A stretch of DNA of 54,661 nucleotides, the filler included, from Dimargaris cristalligena (lineage: Eukaryota), in assembly GCA_003614675.1 (NCBI GenBank). It is 3 parts of 3 records of this genome, joined end to end, with 100 filler letters (N's around TTAATTAATTAA, not from the genome) between each part and the next. Parts side by side here need not be neighbours in the genome. Positions count along the whole stretch, not along the records: positions 36,540 to 54,661 come from ML002776.1; 2 more parts are not named here. One strand, given 5' to 3'. A model generated the notes under the pieces. It ran no database searches. It was not told the DNA's origin and saw only the letters and a list, made by a program, of their open reading frames with translations. Positions 38,552 to 49,744 of this stretch are shown one piece after another; position 1 is the first letter of the stretch, and each line of letters begins with the position of its first letter. Position numbers and translations under genes: made by a program.

Positions 38552-40443
38552 TTAACGGCGGGAGATTCGCACCATAAGCATTTGGTCATCTATACGGAGA
38601 TTCATGGTGCTATTCAAGGATTTATCCATGTTTGGTTCAATGGATTCTACGTGGAACTTACAAATGAAGTTGGCCACAATTCCCAGAATCTCGGCAAGTG
38701 CAACTCTGATGTGGGTTTGGGGAGACGTTTAATGGTTAAATGATGGTGGGAAGGCGGTGGAACGGGCATAAGGTGGTATACGATTTACGTATTGGTTAAT
38801 ACCAGGGGTTAAAAGTTTAATCATGTTAAGCATGCATCGAATAAAGCCGCTAAACCCGTTATATATATAAATTAGATGGATGTTACCTTCTTCCAATACA
38901 GTGGTGCGGACCTATGTTGAAGCCATGGACGTCCCGCTTTCTCTTTTCGCCTTCTGGGCCCAGGAATCGGTCGGGATCAAATGTATTGGGGTGAGACCAG
39001 ACGACTGAGTTGCGATGCACCGAGTAAATCGGGGTATGAATCAAGGTCTGGTAGGGGTTTCGAATTTGTAAAAAAAAATAGCATACACTTATAAGTTGGT
39101 CTGAAGAGGTTGATTTAGGAACGCTGGATTATACTAGGTTGTAAAAGAGCCCCCAGTATCCAGGTAATAAGTGGGCAGTGCTAAATATCTGGGTAAAAAT
39201 GACTTACATTAGTTGGAAAGTAGTATCCGTGGTAACTTCGGGCCGGTCCCTTAATAATGCGGGGAAGGCGAGAGGGCAGCGAAGGATAGCAGCGCATAGT
39301 TTCATAAACCACCGCCTCGACGTAAGGAAGACGGTCGGTTATTTCGGCCAAAGTGATTGTTGGGCCTGTTGCACTAAACTGGGAAGTCACATCCATAACC
39401 AAGCGATCGAATACGACGGGGTGCTGGAAGAGCTGCCAAAACAGAAAACCTAGGGTATTTCCCGCCGTGTCATAGCCGGCCGCCAGCATAAAAACAATCT
39501 CGGGCACGAGTTCTTCGACCAAAGGGTCAGTGAGCTTCGTCATGCCGGTCGAATCGATTAGTTGATCAATAATGTCGCCCCGGCCAATGTGCTTCTCGTC
39601 CTGGGCCCGCTCCGCCAATCTCGATTGGATATTCGATCGGATAAAGCCGCTGATTTTGGCGTAGCCCAGTACACCTTGACTGAGCCCGAGCCGTTCGTAG
39701 ATGTAGGCGAGCCAGGAGAATAGCAGTCGAAGTCCGATGGCTGAAATCATGGGCTCGTAATGACCCAGGAGCTGAGAGCTGGTTTCCTCGTAGTCGGGGC
39801 TGGCCGGCGAAACCCCCATAATCACCGACAAGATAACATTGAATGAAAGCTGGTGACAAAGGCCTATTAAATTACATTCCCATATGGGAGAATTCGGGAG
39901 GCCGTTGAGTATCGCCGCTTGAGAATAGAACTGCCGATCCAGATAGTCGACCGTAGCCTCGTGGATTAGGGGTTCCATTTTCTTGACTGCCGCCACTGTG
40001 AATGCGGGACCCAGCAATCGGCGATGACCTTGATGGAAGTCCAAACTTGCCACTGACGACAGATGAGGGCGGCCGAATTCCGATTTCCCGTTGAATGACA
40101 CATCACGTAGGACGGTAGGATCGGAGTGGATTTTACGATATAGGCCATAGTCGATAATGGAAACACTGTTGGGGCCGGTCTGCACAATCGGGCCGTACTG
40201 GCCATGCCAGGCTTCGAGGGTTTTGTGGTACGAACCCGAAAGATAGTGGGGGTGCCATAGTTCCGGAATGAGCTTACACCAAACTGGTCCGGGGAGTCGG
40301 GCCAAGGGGGAATATACTAAACATTTATAGGAGTAGTAGGTTAAGGAAAGGGCCAAAATAGCCAAAGTGACCTGGACCGGGTACTCGGTCAGTATAGCCG
40401 GAGCAGTGGACACACTGCGGTGGAATAGGCCAATGATAGCCAT
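38552..40443 (-). CDS. Cytochrome P450, ~516 aa; exons 40443-39208, 39047-38887, 38705-38552
   Basis: N-terminal anchor with PLARLPGP, I-helix AAGYDT, ExxR (ETMR), FDPDRF and heme motif FNIGPHHCIG. Phase-consistent GT-AG introns, 1551 nt. Confidence 0.93.
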
Positions 40444-42056
40444 ACGAAAAAGCGGGATTAATCTATGTGAGTGATATGACAACAACAACGACAACGAACA
40501 CAGGTAAATGTGTAGGCAGCTCAGTAATATTATAAGCAACAGTCGGACCACATTTGCCCACATGAGCGATTCACCATAACCTATTTAAAATAAAGAAGGC
40601 CACACATCCAGTAGGCCCCGGTATGCCATTACGATAACCCATAAGGATGCATGCAGGCAACGCGGCTATTATATGCATACCACGGTGCCTCCGGGTTAAG
40701 GGGCAGCGAGGAAATTGGGCCGGATTCTTAACGCAATAGGCCTCTCGTACGATACATGGAGCATTCATTATCTGTAGGGGTTAGCTGTGGGAAGTGGCGG
40801 TGCTGCAGGAGAGATGGCCGTCCAAATCACCAGACCACACCATACCCACCCCTTATTGAATGTGAAATGAATAGGCGAAACCAACTTACATCACTCACAG
40901 CTCTCTATATTAGACCTGCAGCGATATAGGAGATTAGAGGAAACCTCGCTTCGTTCGGTGTCGATGCTCGTGTTAAGGCAAAGATTTGTTCGAGGGGTGC
41001 AAAGAAGGTAGATGGGTGAAAGAGACTAAGTAAAGGAATCGGATGTGATGGTGCGAGTTGTAGTGGATGATGACAATTGTTAGTATTCCTCGTCCACTAA
41101 GGACATCCTATATAAAGGGCCGGTATGGTTATTGAAATTAATATGTGATGCGAGTATGGCATGTTGTAGCAAAGTCGGGATACCCCGGAAGAATGCAAGG
41201 CAGTAATGCCTCGAACTGCCGGATAATAATAGAAAGGACGCAGAGTGACACATCAACAATAGATTGTGCGATTGACAAGGTACGTAGAATGTCGCAAGAC
41301 CTCTACCTCCAGTTGCCTATAATAAAAACAATAGCATTGGCACTATCATATGATCCACTTGTGCTGAGCCGCGAATATTCTAAATACTAACTGCCCTTAC
41401 GTACTTTTTTTGGCGATATTTCATGGCACAGGTGGCATTGCAACTCTCAGAGGGGTTGGGCGACCCCGAGTTGGGACAATCCCGCATTTCGACCAATGAG
41501 AACGCATCCCGCTTCACCCTTACCATTGCCGTCCCCTCAGTACGAGCAGCGAACAGTAGTCGCTTCAACCAGACACCCGAAATATAGATATGAAATGAGT
41601 AACGATATATACCCTCAAAAGATCTTCATTTTTCAATAAAATACTTATTATAATCAGAACTCTATTTTAAAACTCTACCCGGTGCATTGATCATCTGTCC
41701 CCGTTCGGTATTTCGTTACAGTAATGGTGACGACACGGTAAAAATTGGCAAACCCCATATAATGGTGCGCATCAATATAAGACATGATTGGTCAGCATAC
41801 AAGTATCGAACCCTACTAATGGTGATAATACCTATAGATTCAAAAAACGACAACAAAGATTGTACATAATATATTTGTAAGGAAGGCCATCAAGCTGAAC
41901 TTGGGGCCTGACTATCAATGGATTCACCATCCCCTGTGGTTTTAACTAAAATAAAGAAATTGGCCAATGTGCCTTAAATTTTAGAGAGTATTCTAGGGAA
42001 ATATATTAGCAACATTGTCAAAAGCGGGAAACACCAAGCTCTACTAACAATTCGTG

Positions 42057-43790
42057 TGTTAGTAGACCCACATGACATAGGTAGATAGTTAAGCACATGA
42101 TGTTATTGTGAACGATCCATGGGCATGTAGATGTATCCCAAGCAAGCTTTTGGATTCCCCATGATGAAGTATCCAATAGTTGGTCTTACTTAGTCTTTAG
42201 ATGGTTTGTAATTACCCAGAACTCTCAATGAGATATATTCCCTATTGCACTGGCTAATCTAACCTAATAGCAGTAATATGCTCCTATACCAATTACCTAT
42301 ATTATGCCTTTTTGCACTACAGCACTTTCTCATGGTATTGTCCAGTACCATGAAATTCTTCTAAATTACCCCCCAGTTACCACAATTGGTTTTTACATTT
42401 TATAATCAAATGTTAATTCAAAGTCTTCTTGATATATAACCTGCCTTTTAGGTGGTAGGGGTACCAGACTATATTTGGGGGGCTTGGGAAACCAGAATCA
42501 CAGAGGACAGTAAGGCTTTCTACCACTGGGTACATTGGGAAACAATTGGAAATCCTCAACAATAAATACTCTCAGTAAACATTATAGTACTAAACAATAC
42601 TCAAAAGACCCAAAGAACACCAATAATACTTGGCATAGGAATTCACTTCTTGGCAGACACTAGGATTCAGTTGTCTACCTTTATTTATAAACCAGGAAAA
42701 CTGCCATTATTTATACAGCAACAGCGAGTATAAAACTAATGTTAAGTTTTTCAAAGTTGGTAACAAAGGCCAACAGTTAGGTTTGGCACATTGGGTTATG
42801 AAGTGCTATAGCACAGGGTATTGGCTATATAATGGGACCATAGTGATTACCACCCTGATATTAATTAGAGGAAGGTAGAGTAGGTATACAATTGGGATTG
42901 ATTAGGGCATATCCATATTTAATCCAGTCAGTAGGGTATGTTATGCATAACCATGGATATTCCAAAGTATAGTAGAGGGATAGATAAGGTAAGTATGTTT
43001 CACTCATATGTTTTCACCAGAGTGTTCCAAATACCAATAGACCCCAGCCAACCTCTTTAACATTCCTTTCTGGCCAACCCCACAGTGGTGTCCATATGCA
43101 TAATTATCCTACCTAGAGCATAGCCCATTGGTACCTTAGTTTATATTCTTGCCTGTTTATTTAATGTACCCTTATACACCCCCCTCCCCTGACAGTAAGT
43201 ATACATCAGCACCATTTATTGCACCCTTTATATTAGTATCTTCCTTGCACCTGTTATGTATCAAGTGTTGGTCAAGAGAATTCCTGGTACTGAAATCAAT
43301 ATAAGCCTACCCACATGTACTCTTGGTAGATTAAGAGTGGTTAATCTATACAGAATTTGTGTAGCCATTTTCTAATCCCACTTTTGTTTATACAGTAAGG
43401 TAGAGTATAGACAAGATATAATTAAATCAAATCAATAACATAATCTCAATTTTCCTGTTCATATTTTATGTTGATAAATTACCTAATGCCCTATATGGTT
43501 GTGAATTTGACAAAGCAGCTTGAAGCACAACCTAGGTGTTGGGTTTTTTTATACCAGTTGACTCAACATATTCTTGAGAAGATATAGTTTGACAAGCCCT
43601 GTTAGATAAGGCTTTAAAACCCAAGGAAGGGTTGGAAGTGTAGAGAAAGTCAATTAATTGAGAATGAAACCTCACACTGTAAATGTATTTTATATTATGC
43701 ATCTGGGTTAGATTTATCATTTATATATATATATATATATATTTGTATTGGGTCAATAACCATTCCTAAATGTACATTACCAATTGGTAA
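42057..43790. repeat. CpG-depleted AT-rich block, probably a decayed repeat or TE
   Basis: Only about two CpGs by eye in ~1.7 kb, versus abundant CpG in the flanks. All frames are stop-ridden and no TE protein is recognisable. Confidence 0.5.
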
Positions 43791-44922
43791 TGCTGAATTA
43801 TTAGCCATCATGACAAGCAACCATTTCTAGACACCGCCTATATACTAGGCCCAGGTAGGAGCATTGTCCAGTAGCTAGCAGCCAGTCCTCCTGCAACTGC
43901 TGGGCGAGAACCCCCCATGTGACCAAGATACCTGAGGTTCCCCGCTAAGCAGAATGCGAATGATAGCTGCCCTGGAAAGACCGAAAGTACAAACCCAAGA
44001 AGTACATAAATTAGGAAACCGACCGGAAAACCAGGATTGATCATGTTTCAATAAAATCATATTTTATATCTTACCTTTCTATTAGTTCTGACCCTCCCAT
44101 CCCTCATTGGACCCTAACTCCCGGTAATCCTTCTACATCAGGTCCACCTCGACCTACCCGTCATACTCCCAGCCAACATAGCCTATGGTAGCTAGCTTCT
44201 TTTCGCCTCCACAGTATTCACAAGTGTTTAGCGGCTGCATCTTTTACTCACACTGAAGCCGTACATATCCATTTATTTACAATCTAGTACTCCCGAACCT
44301 CAGCTTAATGACAAGGTAGGAATTCATTTCTGCAGACTCACTGAAAGGGACTGTCTGTCCTAACCTTGAACTCAGAGGTACCACCAGTCAATGGTGCAGA
44401 ATAAGGCAATATATGATACATCATTACTAGATGTTCTGAGGGATTGCAACTGTCGATTTCAGGACAGTAATGGCGTCCTATATATGTTCCGTATAATAGG
44501 TTTCGGATGTCCAGAAAAAGCCATACCAATGATAGAGATATTATGGTAATATACTTCAGGTTTCGTTGAACTTCGCATGGTTAACTGTGCAGTCATTGAT
44601 GAAACCATTGCCTTCCCCTCGGTGGTGCAACTAGGTGAGATACAGTCTTCAAAGAAGAATGGCGGAAATATACAAAGTGATATTAGATATTCAGAAGGGA
44701 TTCAGACTATGCCATCTATTTTGGGACATGCCAATCGCCACACATAAACGGGACACAAGGTATCTCGCCAAGTTTCTCTGAGACTTTCGTTCATTCCTAT
44801 TTACTTCATTCTGGTTTGTCTACTATTTTTTATGTTACTCAACATTATATGCCTTTCACTTGGAACATTTGCAACTTAAACGACTGCGATTCTCCCCTGC
44901 TCCAGCCCAGCCTTCCGTTGAG

Positions 44923-46287
44923 ATGAGTCATTTCCAGGCCGAGTCCCAACCGCCTTTGACGCTGGGCCTAAACTTTCTAATTGAGCTCTTCCATCCCAGC
45001 CACGACCTCGGCCCGCTCGTTATAAACTACCTCACTGATGCTGACCAACTCCGACTGGCAACGACATGCAAGTCCCTACGAGCATTAGTTGTTCCGCTCT
45101 ACAAGCTAACTATACCAAATTGCATGCAGCGCACCCACGAGCCCTCTTTAGTCGATTTCGTCCAACGCTACCATCCCCGCGTGTGGAGTATTTCCCCCGA
45201 CTTTGAGGACCTCAACGACCATCGGGCGGAAGAAGTCCGACGGTTTCTGGGCCAGCTTCGAAAGGCAGATTCCGTCTTTTTGGACGTTAACTCCGTATCA
45301 CATTGGTCACAGACCTTCGACTATCTGAAAGAGCTGTTCCAACCACCCCGTAGGCTAAGCCTTTCAATAGACATGGGCCCTAACCCTTCCGTTTCGAACG
45401 GGCAGGCCGCCTTTCCTGACCACCGGGTGGCTTCTATGAAACGTTGGTTTACTTTCATCCGAGACCTCCAGCTCAGCTTTTATGCGGACCATGACCAATC
45501 CTCACTTCTCAGCCAGCTCCTCCCCCTATTTGCTGGAGTCAAACATTTGGTGGTGGACGGTGACATCTCACCCAGTAACCTGATTCCGGAGCTCGCCGAA
45601 AGCTTCAATCAATTAACCCACCTGACGCTGACTACTCCCTTCAACATTGCGCCTTTGTTCGATTCCCATTGCATTGCCTTACAAAACATCCGAAGCCTGG
45701 ACCTATACTGCCCCGACGATCAACCTACTTTACGTGCGATTAGCTCCATGTCGTCAACCCGCTACCCCCATTTGTATGAACTATCCCTATTTTTCGGCGG
45801 CGAGAGGAGTGACCGGAATGAAGTCAAATGGACCGATTTCAGACCGTTCTTTGATCAGCCGTGGCCCAATCTAACCCGGCTTACTCTACAACGGTGCGAA
45901 GTCGGCGGTGGTGAAGTCGGGGAGTACTTGGCCACGAACTTTTCTAATCTACGCTTTCTATCGTTCTCTAACTTTTCGGGTTCGGCTGATGCATTGGCCT
46001 GTATATTGATTCACTGTAGTCGATTGACCACTTTCCACGGTATCATAACTTCCCAGAATGCTCTTCAATCACTCCTTGACTCCGAGTTCACCAATTCCGC
46101 CCTACAATCGTTGATATTGGATGGGGCTGAATGTAATTGGGATGAGCTATCCCACCTCATGGCCAGGTTTCCGAATCTGCGACACCTGACCATCGCATTC
46201 GAAAATGGCGATTTGTATGGTCATGCAAGGCAACAATATCCGAATGTCATTTTTGGCCAAAGCCCCCTCATGCCGTTTTATACATAG
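44923..46287 (+). CDS. F-box-like / leucine-rich-repeat (RNI-like) protein, ~454 aa, intronless
   Basis: First in-frame ATG at 44923. N-terminal VINYLTDADQLRLATTCKSLR resembles the F-box C-half, followed by repeated LxxLxL units (PHLYELSL, WPNLTRLTL, SNLRFLSF, FPNLRHLTI). Confidence 0.78.
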   Translation: MSHFQAESQPPLTLGLNFLIELFHPSHDLGPLVINYLTDADQLRLATTCKSLRALVVPLYKLTIPNCMQRTHEPSLVDFVQRYHPRVWSISPDFEDLNDHRAEEVRRFLGQLRKADSVFLDVNSVSHWSQTFDYLKELFQPPRRLSLSIDMGPNPSVSNGQAAFPDHRVASMKRWFTFIRDLQLSFYADHDQSSLLSQLLPLFAGVKHLVVDGDISPSNLIPELAESFNQLTHLTLTTPFNIAPLFDSHCIALQNIRSLDLYCPDDQPTLRAISSMSSTRYPHLYELSLFFGGERSDRNEVKWTDFRPFFDQPWPNLTRLTLQRCEVGGGEVGEYLATNFSNLRFLSFSNFSGSADALACILIHCSRLTTFHGIITSQNALQSLLDSEFTNSALQSLILDGAECNWDELSHLMARFPNLRHLTIAFENGDLYGHARQQYPNVIFGQSPLMPFYT

Positions 46288-47036
46288 ATTGATTGCCCCC
46301 TTTCATATCCATTTGACCTCAGGCAACTGCTACCAAGAAGGTGCCATTATTCATTTGGCCGATTGGGTTCGATGTCACTATTTGGGTGGGGTATATTTCT
46401 GTACATTTTTCCAAATGCCGAGTTGAATATCGGTGACCCTATCTCATTTTTTCACATCTATTCGCAATTATCGGTCCATAAATTATCCACTCTTATGCGG
46501 ATTTTATCTAGGGCAGTGGTTTGGTCAAAGAAGCCTAACTCGTGTAGCACCATGAGACTAACTACTGTGTTAGCCACGCGACCCGTTACAGGAGAACCAC
46601 CCATCAGATTCAGCCGCCGAAATTCATAGCGGGTAGGCCACTATGAATCTACACGACTATCCATCTGCGTGGCAGTATCCAGCCATTGTCTATAAAACCA
46701 TATCTATTTAACTGGGTGTATAAGGCCAAGCTGTGAAAGCCGATTCCCATCTCCCAAGTAATTGGTACAAGGGCTATCCCATGTTTATTGTTGTAGATAT
46801 GTCACATGTAGCATACACATATTTATGAAATCGACTTTTATGAAAATAAACAGTATATTTGTAAAGTAACTAAACTTAGCCTTGCCCGGTCATAACCTAG
46901 TGCATTTAAAGACAGATAATGGATAACTGGCGTGTCAGCTCCACATTCCGTTATTGGAAGAATCGTCTGGGGGTTTCGTAAGAATCAGGAGGGATGCAGC
47001 CATCGGGCTGGGCTAAACAAAATAATCCAGGTATGT

Positions 47037-48995
47037 TTACGAGTTGGTGGTGCGCTGGAGGAATTGGTAAAAGTTGGGGTCGGTCAGGTAAGAATCAAAG
47101 CTCCAGTAGCTTGGGGTGATGGGCCCAGGACCCATATCGACTAAGGCACCTGGGGTGGTTGTAGTGATATCAGAATGTAAATCGGCCATTCCCATGTGGA
47201 ATTTACCCGCTTCGTCAATGTCAGTGAGGTGCAGACTCTGGAAATTAGCATTCAAAAAGTCTGCCCTGTTCAGAGATTCTGGTTCAGATTCCTCGACATA
47301 ATCCCGCTCATTGCACATCAGTGCGTCGTCAATGAATTGGGCCCCTCGAACCAATTGATTGTTACGCATGATATAAGCCACAATACAAAGTTGGGCCTTT
47401 TTCTTGTCGGGAAAATAAGAATATTCGCCGGGAAAGGGCTCCGGTAACTTCTTCAGATATTGGGGCTTCTGACTCAGCGCAGCCAGGGCAATGGCCAGTT
47501 GCCTTTCGGCATTTGTATTCGTAAATCGACTTAGCCAGCGCGGACCCGAATAATATTTGGTGATGAGGGTCATGAATTGCTTCAAGTGGGACCACCGCCC
47601 CTTAATGGCTAGGCGGGTGATAAAGGTTCCCATAACATTGTAGATTAATTGGCTGTCAAATGGAGCCAGGTTTGCAAGACGGGATCCAGCTGGTCTAAGT
47701 TGGTGGTATATTCCATTCCCTGCCCAACCGAACCGTCCAGTTCGGATTCCCTCACTGGCATGAACCATTCGGCAAGTTCCCCCACCGAGTCATCCAGGAG
47801 AGTGGACACTACCGCCCAAATGGCCTTACCGTTAGGTAGTTCATCCACCAGGGCCAAGAGGGGCAGGTCTGCACAAACAGTATCTTCGTCCAAATGTTCC
47901 GGACTGATAAACCGCCAGGCCCTTTTTCTGGAATAATGGGAGGTCACCGATATATTTCAGGGCATAATAAGCAGGTTTAACGTCATTCGGGGGAAGTTCT
48001 ACCCCAGGCAAGGCTGCTTGCTGGTAGGCCCCTAACCACCGGTGGCATTTGGGTACGGTTACCGAGTGTAGTCCCGCGGCAATCTGGTGGTGAAGTAACC
48101 GGTTCCATCCCCTCAGGGCATACCATATGGTTTGGCCAGGAACCTCGTCAACGAATGTATTATAGGGAAATTCATCCAAGGCAGCCGTGTTTCCGTAGAT
48201 GCTTTCTTTTTTTGCGTCATCGGCATCACCGCTGTTATAGTATAAGTTGTTGTAATTCACCTTTTACTCTTTAAGCAATTCAATGGCTTGTTGACGGAAT
48301 CGAAATTTAACTATCAAACATGGTTAAACAAGGAGGAATATAAGACGCAGGGTTAGACGGTTGGCCAGGCGTCAACCATAGGGTGACCGATGCTAATGTG
48401 GGTGCCTTTTTGAGGCACTGGGCAATGGAAGTCTTCAACTGGAGCGAGCCCCTTGGTACGGGTAAACGAGCGATATGCTTGTCTATAAACCTCATGGCTA
48501 GCCTAGTGGCAGGGGTTTACATGCTCTTGTAAGTTATTCTCTATTACACACCCCAGTATAAATATTGAAATATGTAAATCACAATAAGGTGCCAATATCT
48601 TCCGGGTAGCGTATTGAGTAGCTTACCTTAGTCTGTTCATCAGGGCGACTGGCGGTAATCTGCCCCAATTGCTTATTGACCCTAAGGAGCTGGGGGTGAA
48701 TATCAGGGCTGTAGGCATAGTCCATGACGATTCATTTCGTTTCAATGGGTAAGTTACTCAGATAACTCGTTGAAGGGAGACTGGTTCGGCTGCCCAGTTC
48801 CGAATTAATCGGGGGCAACCAGTCACTCGGGGGGATGGGTAGCTTAGTAGCATCTCGAGCTTTATTCGGATAGACTTCGGAACCAGAGGGTTCAGGATTG
48901 CGCAGCGAGGGGGCGGCTCCACCAAATTGTACATTGAGACCTAAGCCAAGGCCTAGAGCAATTACACTAAGGGTGTTCATACGGTGTGGTTGCAT
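47037..48995 (-). pseudogene. Pseudogene of a secreted protein with an N-terminal F-box-like motif
   Basis: CACCATG start at 48995 and signal-peptide-like MNTLSVIALGLGLGLNVQFGGA. In-frame TGA at 48734-48732 within LSNLPIETK*IVMDY. Intron 48626-48503. Second stop TAA at 48266-48264. Two compensating frameshifts near 47925 and 47660. Confidence 0.75.
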
Positions 48996-49003
48996 GGTGA
49001 ATA

Positions 49004-49744
49004 TGTATTACCTGGAACATCCGGCCTATTGCTAGCGGCCTTCGGACTTTGTGAGGAGGTAGCGGTCTCCTTATCAGCATGGCCTAAAGTCGCGGCGGCC
49101 AGCTCCCTGGTGGCAGAAGACGGGAGGTTCACGGAGTTGGATGAGACTGGGGCAGAGTTGGACGTCGTCATGGTGGGATAGTGGAGGGGCGAATGATCAG
49201 TGAAACAAAATGGAGGACGGGGGATATAAATGAGGGGCGCAGAGTTTATTGAAAGATAATTAAAAAACGGTGATGTTAATAAATAATAAATCACTAGAAA
49301 AAAAGTCGCCGTAGAGTTCAAGGAAATAAAAAATGAGTTTAAATAAAACGAGCAGTGATGATTCTTCCCCCAAATTGAGCGGGAATTCGCTGGTTACTTA
49401 TGTAACCATTTTGTGGGCCTTAGAGGCCGCTGGATGCAAAGAAAAGGACGTAGATAATAATCAGCGAATGGAATAAGATGGAAGAGGAAAGAATGCACTG
49501 AGAAATAGGTCGGACTTTTAAATGCAAGGAAGAAGGGTGGACTTTTTAATGCAAACCGTGAGTGTAAAAAATATATAATATTTTTGATATTCTTAGTATA
49601 TACCATAGTATAGGCAGTAATTTTTAATGGGAAAATGGTGGGAACGATACCGCTGTTGTATGTTGCGGTATATTCCGCCCTCTTATAACGAGGACTGGTC
49701 ATCCACAGTCCGGGGTTAAGTGCCGACCTCTGGATGGCACTACA
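49004..49744 (-). mobile_element. Element family B, copy 2: 741-bp insertion with TGTA...TACA ends and a 4-bp TSD (solo LTR or non-autonomous element)
   Basis: AATA at both 49000-49003 and 49745-49748. Termini TGTAGT/AATACA on the minus strand. A second copy starts at 35859. Confidence 0.82.
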
